Below are positions 47,882 to 61,642 of a DNA stretch of 64,000 nucleotides, one piece after another. The stretch covers positions 1 through 64,000 of the forward strand of contig CAWBQK010000004.1 in assembly GCA_963791045.1 (NCBI GenBank), read 5' to 3'. The stretch's first letter is position 1. Every line of letters starts with the position of its first letter. This stretch comes from Candidatus Latescibacterota bacterium (GTDB lineage Bacteria > Krumholzibacteriota > Krumholzibacteriia > WVZY01). The notes under the pieces are model-generated. The model saw nothing but the letters and a program-made list of their open reading frames with translations. It was not told where the DNA came from and ran no database searches. Made by a program: the position numbers and the translations under genes.

Positions 47882-47998
47882 TTGAAGAGCCCCCTGCGGC
47901 GAGGAGGCTCCCGAGATTCTCAAATTTGCCCGAGAAATCGACCAATCAGGGCCGGCAGGGCGATAAGGCTCGCCTAACATTATCGCGGCATCGCCCGC

Positions 47999-48943
47999 TT
48001 AATCGTCCAGAGTGCTCGAGTCGAAGAGATCGATCATGACGTCCGTAAGGCCCCGTGAACCCCGCACACCCGGTTGGACCAAATGGCGCTCGTAACAGAA
48101 CACGGGACCCACTGTCGGCGCGTAGATCACGCGTCCCGCGTCTATATTTCTGAAATAACCCTGTACGGTTCCAATTGGACCCGAAAGCGCCGTCACGCCA
48201 AAATCGATAATATAAAGACAGTCGATCGCCTTCTTGAATGTCCCAGCCTCTGTCTCCGCGGTCACGACCTTGTCCACCCGACAATAGAGGTAAACACCTT
48301 CAATGAAGCCCACACCCAATTGGAATTTGAACTCGTCGCCCGGGGACAAATCATCCGTAAGAAACTGCCATGCCGGGGACTGATTCAGATCACCGTATGT
48401 GACAATCTGGTTTTTAGTTTTCTGCCACTTGCCGCCGTGGACGAGAACTGGATAACTTATAAACGTTTCGGCAATCGGCGCATGAATCCTTTTCGAAATA
48501 TCCAGGCGTCCCGGACCGATTCCGTCCGGGGTTGCGATCCCACCCTCGATAACGTGCCGCTTAACCAGATTCTGTGTGATGATATCGCCAAACTTAGTCT
48601 CCCCATCGAACGCGAGGTGATAAGACCCGTCAATCGTCTTCACGGTATCTCCCGCACCGACCGGATCGCCGGCGAGAAGCGCTTTGATTTCCGCCCAGCT
48701 CGGCGTCGGCGTCGGAGGGACGTCCTCCCTGTTTTCGTACATGACCAGTTTGTCCCAATCCCCCCACTGCCTCATTTCGAAATTGTAATCCCATGATGTC
48801 GAATCGGCATTTGGCCATATATTATCGAGCGTCGCCCTGGGTGAAATTCCAATGACGGGACACGTGACACAAGTCGAATCATCGTCGCCGCAGCCTGCCA
48901 TCAACAACAGTCCGATCAGAAGGATGCAAAGAGCTGCTTTCAC
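47999..48943 (-). CDS. Lipoprotein of unknown function
   Basis: Lipobox LLLMAGC; C-terminal V.TEAGTF....C...YAPTVGPV beta-rich motif; GGAGG RBS. Confidence 0.75.
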   Translation of the reverse strand: MKAALCILLIGLLLMAGCGDDDSTCVTCPVIGISPRATLDNIWPNADSTSWDYNFEMRQWGDWDKLVMYENREDVPPTPTPSWAEIKALLAGDPVGAGDTVKTIDGSYHLAFDGETKFGDIITQNLVKRHVIEGGIATPDGIGPGRLDISKRIHAPIAETFISYPVLVHGGKWQKTKNQIVTYGDLNQSPAWQFLTDDLSPGDEFKFQLGVGFIEGVYLYCRVDKVVTAETEAGTFKKAIDCLYIIDFGVTALSGPIGTVQGYFRNIDAGRVIYAPTVGPVFCYERHLVQPGVRGSRGLTDVMIDLFDSSTLDD

Positions 48944-48955
48944 TTTCGACCTCCG

Positions 48956-51900
48956 TTACCAGGGGATCTTGGGTGTACCGATGACAACAAACGGCGACCA
49001 GTAAAACGGGTGTGCGAACGTCTCGCTCTGAATCAACTCGATTCGGGCGGCCCGGAGCGCCTCGCCGGCCGGCTTTTTGGACCCGGCCATTGTATCATAA
49101 AAGATGCTCATCAGTTCGGCCGTCGATTCGTCCGACACCGACCAGAGGCTCGCGACTACCCCGCGGGCCCCGGACCCTATAAATGCCCGGCTCAACCCCA
49201 CAACCCCTTCGCCGCGCCCCAGACGTCCCCTGCCCGACTCACACGCCGACAGCACCACAACACCACTCTCCACCGGCAGAGACAGGATTTCGAGCGTGTA
49301 GAGATAGCCATCCTCACCATTGGCCGCATCGGGTGCGAGAACCACGTTGGAAGACACAGGTTCAACCGGATCCACCAGGCCGTGGGTCGCCAGGTGCGTT
49401 ATTCGCGCGGCGCCCTCCCGGATCGACTCTTTGAATTGAGTCTCACTGGCGTCCGCTCCAAGAAATACACGCTTCTTTTTGGCATCGATGGGCGCCGAGA
49501 TTCTTTCAACTTCGTCTCGCGAACTGGGCAGCGGGTCGAGTGACGCGCCCGGTTCATCATCAAAAAGCGAATAGTCAGGAGCACCAAAAGCAAGAAGCTC
49601 GATGTCGTACTTCCTGCGCTTCTTCGCATCATCGAGTTTGACAAAAATAGAAGCCGAAGGGGCGTACACCGTTTCGAATGACCTGGTTATATACGGCAGG
49701 TCCCTCCAGTCGGTGCCGGGATCCGCGTCGGCTGTAAGAAGAGTTTCGAAGGGGATTTCAAAAAGAAAGCCATCCGGGACAATAAGGAGCCTGTCGGCTT
49801 TGCCGATGTGGAGCTCAGCGGGAAGGACCAGGGCCTGGTAAAGACCGCGCGCCGTTTCTCTCAGCACGGCGTCCCCGGCGCCGGGTCGGCGGATTGCATC
49901 CCTGAATCGTTCCACATCGGTTTCGAGCGCGGCGCGGTTGGGAATCTCAAAAACACGGGCATTCTTTTTGTCGATCACCCAGAGAAGCGAGGCTGTATCG
50001 CCGAGCGCGTACTCGAGCATCACCGTATTCTTTGGCAGCCGTTTTTGCACATCAACGAGAGTGGTCACCGACCCGTGCGGATCGATTGCCCCCATCGATC
50101 CGCGCACACGGGCGTCGCGGAGCTCTGAGTAACGCGACTCAAGACGCCGGGACCGCTCTTCCGCCTCAGGCGTATCGTCCGTGATCGCGTAGAGCGAGTC
50201 CAGGACCGCTTCTTCCGCGGGGCTAGACCGCGCCAGAATGTTGCCGCTCCATTAAGTCAAGAAGTCCTCGGGATTTTGCCCGCTCTATTGTATGGAATGA
50301 GCGTGACACCCATGGATCGCCCTTTTCCCCGGACGACAACGACGCATAGAACCTGGCGACCTCTTCGTAAAACAAGCGTCGTTCACCGGAAAGAAAACCG
50401 GTTCTTGTTTCAGCTCCGCCGATGCGCGCGCGTGACTCTTCAATCTTCGACAGTGCTTTCTCATAGTGGTAGGACGCGCTATCCGTATTCGATCTCTCGA
50501 ATGTGTGGGCTATTCCGAAATGAGCCGCAATTCGCAGATCATCGCGCTCGGCGGCCACCACCAGCGGCAGGAGCTCATAAAAACTCTCACGTGCTTCTTC
50601 GGTTTGCCCCAGGGCCGCACGATAGGACGCGATTCCCACTCTATCCTCGAGAATATTTCCCGTCGCGCCATCAGCAGTATTTTGTTCCAGCGCGAGCCGT
50701 CGAAAAGATATTGCCGCCACATAGTTTCTCCGCCACATTTCCGCATCAGCCGCCACCACACAAGCCGTCATGTATTCCCTCGGGTATCCGGCCTCTTCGG
50801 CCATCGCCTGGGACTCGCGCGCCATTTCAAGGGCCCGGTCATAAGCGCCGAACTCGATATAGAGCCATCCCAGTACATTCCGAGTTTCGATTTGATAATA
50901 TGGATCCTCGAGCTCACGTGATTTTTCCAACGCGGCGAGAAGGTCATCTCGCGCACTGTCGAGTTCGCCCGTCTGACGGAAAGTCTCGGCCCGTGTGGTG
51001 TGATAAAGAACGGTCTTCTCGGGTTCGGGTTGTCTGCGAAGTAACGCGGGGACTTCATCCAGAAAAGTCATGGCCTCATTGCAGCGACCTTGTTCGTTGA
51101 GGTTGCCTGCCAGATTGATGCGACACGACGCTTCATCCTGGGGACTGTCCACCGTCGAAGCAATTTCGATCGCCCTGAGATAGGTCTCATTCGCGCGGTC
51201 CATCTGACCCATCTCCGAATCGATACTCGCCATACTGTTGAGAACCTCGATCATTTGTCCCGGGCTCCCGTGTTTCTCGAGAACCTCAAACGCTTCGTTG
51301 AGGTTCACTCGCGCGTCGTAGAACCGACTCTGTTGATAGAAAACATTCGCCCGGTACGTGAGGGAGATTCCAAGTCCTCCGAAGTCTCCGGTTTCGCGCC
51401 GCAGCGCGGCCGCTTCGCCGAAGTAGTGAGCGGCTTGTTCGTAATCCCCCTTTCTGAAGTTTATCGAACCCAGGCCGTTAAGGGTCTTCCCCTCGAGTAT
51501 CCTGTCCTCTATCGCGCGTCTCTCGGCGAGCGCTTTCGTGTAATTCTCAACCACAGCGTCATTGTCGCCCCGGTACCAGTCAACGACCCCCAGACTCCCC
51601 CATGTCACCGCAATGGTTCGCCGGTCCCCGATAGACTCGGCGAGTTCGATAACGTTTGAAACATTTCGGCGGCTTTGTCGTAGTCACGGGCATTGCGAAC
51701 GTCGAATGCTTCCGCTTCGACCGTCTTCGCCTGCGCCCTCACCCCACGTTCCTCATCCGTCCATCCCTTGTAGATGCGTACCTGTTCCAGCGGTGTTCCC
51801 GTCCCGCCGTTTTGCGCGTACAGGGCCGCCACACGTTCGGCGAACTCCACATTCTCGGCCTCGGCGCTTCTGTCGCCACCCTGCCCCGTCTCGAACGCCA

Positions 51901-52123
51901 CGTCGAGAAGTTGCCCCACAACGGCGCCGACAATAATTCCGCGCTCAATCACATACGGGGTGAGAGCCGCGTCACCAGCCGCCCGGGCGAGCGAGTCCGC
52001 TTTGACAATAAAATCTGTAACGGGATCGGCGGCGGCGAAGCCGTCCGCGACAAAAACGAAAGAGAAACAAAACAGGATAGCGAGAGGAATAAAAAAGAGA
52101 CGGAGCTTCTCACACCGAGCCAT
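48956..52123 (-). CDS. Signal-peptide TPR + CHAT (caspase-like) protease, ~1055 aa, frameshifts near 51620 and 50230
   Basis: ORFs 51605..52129, 50223..51608 and 48956..50107 join. TPRs, ERAKSR.LLD, IVPDG.L..IPFE.L, HLATHG (His), VLSACES (Cys), ASLWSVSD.ST and HPFYWSPF. Confidence 0.85.
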
Positions 52124-52202
52124 GGGCACACTCCCCCGGGACGAGTTGACGGACGATCGAGGTGTCCGGGAGCCGTCCGGAGACGGCCCCCGCCCGAATC
52201 GT

Positions 52203-55200
52203 CTATTTCAAAAGCACCATCTTCTTTGTAAGCGTTTTGTTGCCTGCTTGCAACCTGTAAAAGTAGACACCCGAACTGACGGGGCTTCCCGCCGCGCTCT
52301 GTCCGTTCCAGCTGACCTGTTTGAATCCAACGTCCATGACACGGTCGACGAGCGTGGCTACACGCTGACCCTGGACATTGTAAACGATGAGTGTCACCTG
52401 CTGTTTTTGCGGCACGGTGAACGCTATCGTCGTGGTCGGGTTGAACGGGTTCGGATAGTTCTGTTTAAGGGCAAGCCTGATCGATCTTGTCTTAACCTCC
52501 ACAGCCGCCGACAGCACTTCGTTGCCGTCGCTGAGTACAATTCCCATTGAGTACAAATAGTCTTCACCCGGACGCGCGCCCTGGTCGAGAAATTCGCGTT
52601 TCTCGACGGCGATGAGTCCCTCGGTGTTCGCGATTGAGACGGCGGATGTCTTAACATCCCGCCGGTAGATCTTGTAGCCGGCGACCTCTTCATCGGAGAT
52701 CACATCCCATGCGAGGTGAACGCCCACGTCGATCGCCTCGGCGACAAAGCTCTGGATAAATACGGGTACCGGCGCGTCAATCACTACGCGCACCGTATCG
52801 AGCTTGACCAGGTTCGGCACTTCGACCGGGGATACTCGATAAATGATCAACTGTTCGAGATGATCTCGAATCGCTGGGATGACCAGATACGCCGGAGGCG
52901 GCGCGAACGAGTCCCCCGGCGCCAATACCGGAGTGATACCGCCAAGCGATGTCGCGTCAGCCGCGATCATTGCCGCGGGAGACGCGGCGAGAATCCCGCC
53001 ATCCGATCTCAATGCGGGTGGAACGGTTTCCGACAACGTGGCGGGTCCGACCGTCGACACCTCATAGGTGAACGAATAGTCCCTGCCCGATACGTTTTTC
53101 ATCTCGAAGCCGCCGAGATCGAGAAACGGCACCTGCGAAAACGCCGGGATGGTCAAAAGATCGGCAATAAACTCGATCTCGACAAACGACGTATTGAGGA
53201 GCGTGACCGTCTTCGGCCCGGAGTTCGTCACGACGGCGGTACCGGTTCCCCTCGGGTCAAATACGAGTACCTCGGGATCCTCGCCCGCGTACACCGAGTC
53301 GACAACCTCCCAGGTGACCTGGAACGGAGGCAACGTCGACTCGTCGAGCGGAGATACCCCAATCGCGCCCTGGATATCGATTTCGATCACTTCAATGACG
53401 TCGTTTTCTTCCTGGATGAGATAAAGAAGCGTTCCGTCGGGATTGATCGTGACTGACTTGGTCTTGCTGCCGCCGCGGACGGTCGCAACGACCGTGTTCT
53501 CGTTCGCGCTGTTCGGAACGATGTCGACGATCAGCACGTCGCCGTCGGTTGTCAAAATGATCAGGAGCGATCCGTCGGGATTGATAGTCATGCTCTTTGA
53601 CGACTTGCCCGTCTTGACCGACGCGACCACGCTGTAACTAAGATCGCCCGCATTCAATACAACGTAACCCTCGTCGGTGCCCGTGTAGAGCAAGCTCCCG
53701 TCGGGGTTAATGGTCACGCTCTTCGTTCCCTTGCCCGATCCCACACTCGCCACCACTGCATGGTGGTTTGAGCTTTGCGAGTCGGCATCGATAATGTCCA
53801 CATTCTTTGTGAAATCAGACCCCGCGTTCACGCAGTACACCCACGAACCATCCGGGCTGACAACCACGTCCGTTGGGAAAGCGCCCACGACGAGCGTCTC
53901 CACGACCTGGTTGTAGAAAACCGACAGTGGATCCACATCGATTATCGACAGCGTTCCCGATTCAAAGTTCGGCACATATACGAATGTCCCTTCGGGATGC
54001 ACGTCAATCGAGATGGGATGGTCCCCCACGGTTATGCCCGGAAGCGACGTAGCGGTGGTCATGTCCACGGGAATCACCATGTCCCCTTCGGGGCTTACCG
54101 TGTACGCCCGCGTTCCGTCGGGTGTCACCACGGCGCTATTGGTCGCCGTGCCCGTCCCAATCGTAGCTACAACCTCGTCGGATGTCACCGGATTCGGGAC
54201 CAGAACGCTGAACGCGACCGCATTGGACGTGTCGGCGCCGTTATACACGCGGAGCGAGTTCTCTCCCCCGTCAACACTCACTGGAATGGTGACATTGAGA
54301 TAGTCGTATCCCCCTTCGCTGGGGATCGCCTCGACCGAATTGAAGAACACCTTGTTTTGCGCCGCCGTGGGGTTAAAACCAACCCCGCCCAGGACAATTG
54401 TAACCGCCGACGTGGCGCTCGGCGGACTGACCGAGCTCAAATTGAACGGAGGCGCCGCTTCCGTGGTAAATACCTTGGTCGACGGATTATTGAGCGCCCC
54501 GGTGTTGATGTCCTCCACGCCGCTTGTCACTTCGAGTGTATACGACGTGCTGAACTCGAGTTGAGTGTGTGGTGTGATCGACACCAGGCGTGAATCGTCG
54601 GTGAACCCGAACTCGCCCTTGACCGCCGCCGTATCACCCGTTTTATGCAGATAAACAGTGTGTGTGTCAATCGTGGCGGTCGCCACACCGCGACTAAAAG
54701 TCAATGCCACGGTGGTTGTCACGGCTACTCCCGATGCACCATCGGCCGGCTGCACATCGACCAATTGCAGCGGAAGCGTCTGGGGATCGACAACCCCATC
54801 GGCTGTAAATGTCAGCGGTGATCCCACCAGGCCCTGCGCGGTCGCCGTTACCGACTGCGCGCCTACCGTCGAACCTAATGTCCAGCTGACTTCGGCGTAC
54901 CCCGATGAATTTGTTACCGCCACCTGCGTCGTGGTGTTGGTTGTCGTGAACTTACCCCGCCGGTCACGACGTCGAATGTCACCGCGACTCCGGAGGCCGG
55001 TCCGTTGGTTCCAACGACCTGGACTCTCAGCTTTGCCGGAAGAGACTGGTCGATGGTGCCTGTTTGTGCGTCACCGGAGACTTTCACAATCGTGTCCGCT
55101 ACCGCATAGTCGAATACCTGAAGAAGGTTGTCATCCCCACTCACGGCATAGAGCCGTCTGCCGTCGATGCTGTACTCCTGATCGACATTCCCGCCCGTAA

Positions 55201-58200
55201 AGAACGGCGTATCGAACAGCTGATAGGATTCGAAAATAGCATCATCGAAGTGGAACGAGCAGAGTCCCGATCCCGATTGATGGAACACAATTCGTTTCTC
55301 GTTTGGCGACACGTCGATATTTTGACCGTTGAGAGTCGGCGGCGCCCCGGAGATCCCAAAACCATAGGTGTGTTCCTTGTTGTATATCAGGGTATCCGGC
55401 CTGTCGATCTCGATGAGATACACATAGTGATAGTCGTTGACCTCATCGTCGGTCAGGACAAAACAATTGCTTCCGTCGGGCACGACCGAAATGGACAACG
55501 GCTGATTCCGGAAATCAGGAAGGGGCGGTACTTCCGGCGAGGGAAGCAACAGGGTATGCACGCGTTGCCCGAAGCTGACGCTTGTGGAATCCACGTCCAA
55601 GACTGTTACAGAATGCGCGCCGCCAAGAGTCGCGTAGGCATGGGACCCATCGGGGTTGAACACGATATCGGTCACGGCATTGACATGGAATGTATCAACA
55701 ACCGCATTTTCCGCCGGGCCGCCGGCGTAAGTGTTCACATGCAGAATCACGCTGCTGCTCGCATCATTGACGAGAAGCATCTCGCCGTCGGGGCTCATCG
55801 CCATCTCCTGCGGAGAATTGAACATCCAGAAAACCGTCGACACGTCTCCAATAACCGTCCCGTACCCCGGACTTGACCGATCGATATCTATCACTTTCAC
55901 CGAGTTGTCCAGCGGAACGCTCGCGTACGCCCTCTTGCCGTCGGGGCGAATAACGATGTCATACGCGGGGTCGGCGCCCCAGGACGCTTCCGCCACCAGC
56001 TGGTTGAACGACGAGCTGGCAGGATCGGTATCGACAATCGCCACCGTGCCCACGTCCGTGCCGACGACGAGTTGGTCACTCGTCGGTGACATGGCCATCG
56101 CAGCCCCCAGGTTCTTGTCCGTGTACAACTGCGTTGAAGAAGCGGATCGCAGCAGTTGCGTTTCCAGCAAGGTGGGCAGGACCTCGATGCTCACGATATT
56201 CGTCGCTTCGTCGCCGAGAGCGCTGACCTTCCTTATAAACATCGAGCCATTTCCAACGTTTGCCGAATACGGGATGCGGAAACTGACCGCCCTGCCGGTG
56301 GTCCGGATGGGTGCGTAGTTGTACCCGTTTCCTATCGCGTCGACAAACCGGCAAACAAGAGAGTCGGTGTAAACACCGAACCCTTCTCCCGCGGCGACAA
56401 TAATGGCGCCCGCGACGCCGGCATCGTGCGAGAGCGTCTTGATGACGGGTCCAGAGCCAATTCCCAGAACGACGAGGCGCTGAGTGTCCTCCTCGAGGGC
56501 ATAGGCGTACTGGCCGTCGGACGATACTTTCACATCAACAGGGTTCACGCCCGTCGGTATTGTTGATGCGACCGTCCGATATGTCGGGCTTCCGTCTATG
56601 AGATCGATTACATCGATGAAGTTGAGCTGCCTGTTGGCCGCGAACATATAAGACCCGGCGGGATTGATATCCCCGCCGCGGAGCGATCCGCTTGTGTTGA
56701 TATCATAGACTTTTGTGAATGTGCCGATCGCAACGATGGTCACCTGGCCGCTCGCGTCGGTCACATACACCCGTTGTCCCGCCGCGTCGACGACCACGTC
56801 TCTGGGATCGGCGCCGACACCGACATCGACAAGGAACGAATCGGGACCGGCATGAAATACGATTACCTTACCCGCACCCGAGGGTACCATCAGGTATTGG
56901 CCGGCCGGGTCGAACGCCCCTCCCCTTCGAAGGTTCGCATCGGGCGAAGCTATTCCGCCGATCTGTTTTCCGTAGGTGCTGCTTCCCAATTTCACATCCC
57001 ACACTTGCACCTCGCCCCCGGCGGTTGGAACGTACGCCCTGTTTCCCGAGGGTCGAACAATCACACCGCGCGGTACGCCGTGAACGTCGAACTGGTTGAC
57101 GACGGTATTTGTCGCGATATCGATGACATAAACGGTGCTGTCGAGTTCGCTCGCCCCATAGACTCTCAATCCGTCCGGGCTGATCGCCACCTCGTTGAGA
57201 CCACCGGATATGGGGATCGGCGTTGTATTCAAGAATCCGGCGAGCGCCGGATCGACTTCGACCGCCATCGCGCCCGCGCTTGTCGCCACGTAGGCAACAT
57301 CCCCGTCGGGGGTAACGGCTACATCCCTCGGCACCGCGCCCGTAACCGCCGAACCCAACGAGTACCCGCGTGGAACACCCGTATCCTCTAAGACGACAAA
57401 GCTCACAGTATTGCTCGAGCCTGATTCGGTCGTCACATACACGTCGCCCGTCCCGGCCCCGGCCGGGACATTTGCGACCAACTGCGTGGCCGTCGCGCTC
57501 GTCGCGACCACACTAACTGTCCCGGTTCCCGCAGCGTCGGTAAAGATCACCACATTGTTCACGAGTGTCGACGAGAAACCATACCCGTTCACAACAACCA
57601 CGGAACCCGGCACACCCTTGTTGGCGACAAGACTCGTCAGCGCGAGCGACGGCGCCGCTTCCGTTTCAAAGAAGAACTCATAGCCGGAGCTCATCGGATT
57701 ACCGTATTTGTCGGTGATACCCGTCCTCAGCGTACACAGATAGGTCGTCGCATAGTTGAACAACCCCGTCGGCGTAAAAGACAGTACCTTCCCGTCCGGG
57801 CTTACCACACCGCTTCCACCCACACCCTGGAACAACGTGTTGTCGTATACCCGGAAATTCCCGGAGACGGAATTGTGGTCGATCGGCTCATCGAACTGAA
57901 TCACAACAGCCGCGTCGGCGGAAACGTCTGACTCCGACATATTTGGGCTGTGGCTCACGACGCTCGGTCCGGTCGTATCCACATTTGTAACGACGACAAA
58001 TCCGGACACGGGCCCGGCGATATTGATTGGAGCGCGGATCAGCGGATCCTCACTGGAATTGTCTCCCGTGTTCCAGTACTCGCCCGGGAAATTCGTCACC
58101 GCCGTTGTTTCAACAAGCGCATTGACATAATCGGGGAGCATATATCCGATGGAGGATGATCCGTCCAACGGTTGAATTGACAACCAGTAAACGCCCGGTG

Positions 58201-61200
58201 GGACGCCGACAAACTGAAACCCGCCGTCGGGCAGCGAAAAGTCCGACGCAACCATTTCGACGCTTGTAGTGTCCGTCAGAAATACCGCGACACCCGGCAC
58301 GCCGGCACCGAGGTAGTTTTCCACGCGGCCTTCGAGCCGGTTGGCGAGTCCGGCCCATCCGCCGGCATAATACGCTTTCTGGAAGATCGTTTTGTCTTCG
58401 GTTTTTAGCGTTCGTGCCTCAATCCCCGATGGAAGCACATAGAACATTGTCGAGTTTATATTCGGCGAATGCGAGATGCCGTACATGTGCCCCGCTTCGT
58501 GTGTCGCGACGCTTTCGAGATCCACATCCCCACCAGTCCCAGTGGTCGAAAATGTCTTCGCGGGGTTGAATATCATATCGGCGTCTATAATCTGTCCCGG
58601 CCGATATAACCGGTTGTTGACCATCGTCGGTTCTATCGCTGAAGTGGCGATGCCTACGGCCAGAGTATGCGCACCAAAGTCGTAGTCGAAATCACTGAAC
58701 GTCACGAAGTTCTTGCCGTCCCCGGCGACAGCCACATCCCAGTCAACCGTGCCACTGTACAGCGGGCTCATCTCCGTCCCGATCCCCGGAATCACACTCC
58801 ACGTCGCCATGGCGTTCAAAATCGCCGAAAAGTCGGTGCCGTCACCAATATTGGGCGCCCCGTCCAGATGAATGTAATACCGAAGCGTATCGTTGGGTCC
58901 CCAGTATTCGATATGCCGCGCGCCGAGATAGTCATCGAGACAGCCGTCGCCGTCGCGATCAAAGAACGAAGCGTCTACCAGGGGACAGCTGTCGAACGCG
59001 TAGTAAACGCCGTCACCGTCCGCGTCCGGTTCATCGAGGGAAACCACCCATGCGGCGCCGTTGTCGTCGCTCGCATTGTCGTCACCTCGATGCCCGATCA
59101 GCAGATCGTCTATTCCATCCAGATCGGTATCCCAGAGCTGCGTGAGAGATGAACCGAAATCATTTTCGTCTCCAAGCGTGCCCCCGAATCCGCCGCTTGT
59201 CGCGCTAATCTTCCCGCGCGACTTGACAACACCTGTTGAATCGAGCAAAAGAATATACACCGCGCCAACGTCAGTCCCTCCGTCATCGTCATTTATCGCG
59301 GTAACCGCGAGTTCGTTTACCCCGTCGCCATCCATATCTTCGAGGGCGGCAGCCGCGTATCCAAACGCCGCGGACGCTTCCAGCGTGACCCCGAACAGAC
59401 CGTCAAAGGAACTGATCTTTTGTTGATCGTCCACCCATCGGTCGTCCCGCAGCATCAGAATCCACACGGCGCCGGCATCCGTATTGCCATCGTCGTCGCC
59501 GATGCAACCCACGGCCAGGTCATTGATGCCGTCACCGTTGATATCCCCGAGATTCGCGAGCGACGTCCCGAAGTAGTCATTGTCATCGAGGACACCGGCG
59601 AACCCGCCGCTGGTCTCGTTGGTTTTTGACGCCGAATCCACCTCGATGTCATCCAACGACAGAATCCACACGGCGCCGTGGCTGTTTCCGTTGTCGTTGT
59701 CGTTTATCGCGCCCACGGCCAGTTCCTCGGTGCCGTCCCCATCGAGATCCCCCAGGTGTGCGAGAGAATATCCAAAGAAGTCACCGTCATCGAGTGTGCT
59801 TTCAAACCCGCCAGTAGAGGTCGCAATCTTGTAATGGGATTTGACCGTGCCGTCCCTGTTGAGAAAGAGTATCCACACGGCGCCCCTGTTGGCGTTTGGC
59901 GGCGTGCCGCCGTCATCGTCGAGGGGCGCTCCGACGGCAATATCCGAGACGCCATCGCTATCAAGATCCCCCATATCCGTCACGGATATTCCAAACTGGT
60001 CAAACGGGTCGAGGGCTCCCGTGAACCCACCGGCATTGACGCCGATCTTCTGGTGCCAGGCCACCGTTCCGTCCGGATTCATAAAACAAATCCAGACAGC
60101 CCCGACCGAGGCTCCTCCCACCTCGTCACCCGACGCGCCAATTGCGAGATCGGGAATATCGTCGCCATTGAGGTCGCCGAGATTTGCCATCGACGAACCC
60201 AGAGCCACCGTGTCGAGAATCAAGTCATTGAATCCGCCTTCGGTATCGCTGATTTTCTGGTGCGACCCAACCAGCTGCGACGCGTCCATAAAGAGAACCC
60301 ACGTCGCGCCGCGATCTGTGCCGCCATCGTCGTCCTGTTCGGCGCACACGATAAAATCATTGTACGTGTCGCCGTTTAGATCGCCGACCATCGCCACGCC
60401 ACTGCCAAACCAATCGATGACGTCCAGCGACCCCGCAAACCCGCCTATGCCTTCGCCGATTTCCTGTTGTCCGGCCACCGTCCCGTCGTCCGCAAGATAG
60501 ACAATCCATACCGAACCGTTTTGCGCCCCCGACGCACTGTGTGCCCCCACGAGGATGTCCTCGACACCATCGGTGTTGTAGTCACCAATCGCTGTCACGG
60601 CGTTTCCAAAATAATCGACGATCGAAAGGGTGCCCCCAAAGCCACCATCCAAAGCACTTATCTTCTGCTCGGACAACACGGTGCCGTTATCGTTCATAAA
60701 CAGAATCCATACCGCTCCGGCCCAATCAGCACCATCGTCGTCATATTTGGCCCCGACGGCGAGTTCCGTTACGAGATCGCCATCAAGATCGCCAATCGCC
60801 GTCAACCGATGCATCCAAAAAGTCTTCCGAGTCGAGCACGCCACCAAACCCCCATCCGTCGAACTGATCTTCTGTTGCGCCGACACCTGTCCGGTTGAAT
60901 CCAAAAACAGCACCCATATCGCCCCAGCATCTATGCCCCCATCATCGTCTTGTGCCGCCCCGACGACGATATCTTCGAAGGTGTCCCCGTTGAGATCTCC
61001 AATTCCGCAGACCGAGTACCCAAAAAAGTCCCGGTCCAAAAGCGTTCCCGCGAAACCGCCATCCGTCGCGCTGATCTTCTGATGCGACTTAACCGTACCG
61101 TCCGTACGCAAAAAGAGAAGATAAACCGCACCCTTTGCGTCTCCGCCATCGTCATCGAACGGAGCGCCGACTACGAGATCCTGGACCCCGTCGTTGTCGA

Positions 61201-61639
61201 TATCTCCGGGACTCCCGACCGAATACCCAAACCCATCATAGTCGCCAAGAACAACGGTAAACCCGCCTCGCTCGCTCGCAATCATCTGGCGGTATTTCAC
61301 GGTTCCGTCCGAGTTGAGAAAAAGAATCCAAACGGCCCCGCGCCCATCCCCACCAAACGTATCCCGTCTCGAACCGACCGCCACATCGTCAATTCCGTCA
61401 CCATCGAGATCGCCCAGCGACGTGATCGCATTGCCCATGCGATCGCCGTCATCGAGGGTTTCCTGAAATGAGGCCAGAGTGCCGTCGAGTTTGAACTCGG
61501 CTTTTACCTGGGCATCGGCGACACCGGAAAACAGAACCGAAGCGCTCAGCAACACCATGACACACCGTGCGCCAAACTCGGATGATGGGCGCTCGGCAAG
61601 CATCACTTTTTTAATTAGCTTACTCAGCATCGTTCCCAC
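52203..61639 (-). CDS. Giant secreted multidomain metalloprotease/adhesin (~3150 aa): FG-GAP repeats, TSP3-like, matrixin (M10-like), Ig/TIG, YVTN propellers, FlgD-Ig; frameshift near 54956
   Basis: About 13 repeats of FG.S...GDL.GDG..D..VGA..DDDGG...GAVWILF; HEAGHMYGISH...STMF (metzincin); SbsA/Big_5, IPT/TIG, YVTN and Big_1 modules. Adding one G joins ORF 54914..61639 to 52203..54923, which ends QNYPNPFNP...GVYFYRL...KKMVLLK. Confidence 0.85.
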
Positions 61640-61642
61640 TCC

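Noticed and set aside
48956-52123. CRISPR-associated (Craspase-type) TPR-CHAT
   Set aside because: No cas genes or array in the window, and the protein has a signal peptide.
54940-54965. Programmed frameshift producing short and long forms of the giant protein
   Set aside because: The break is in a short G run in the middle of an Ig domain with no evident slippery heptamer, consistent with the window-wide indel errors.
59030-61480. Regularly spaced repeats that could suggest a CRISPR array or tandem DNA repeat
   Set aside because: They are degenerate protein-level FG-GAP repeats (~65 aa) within one ORF; there are no identical DNA repeats with spacers.
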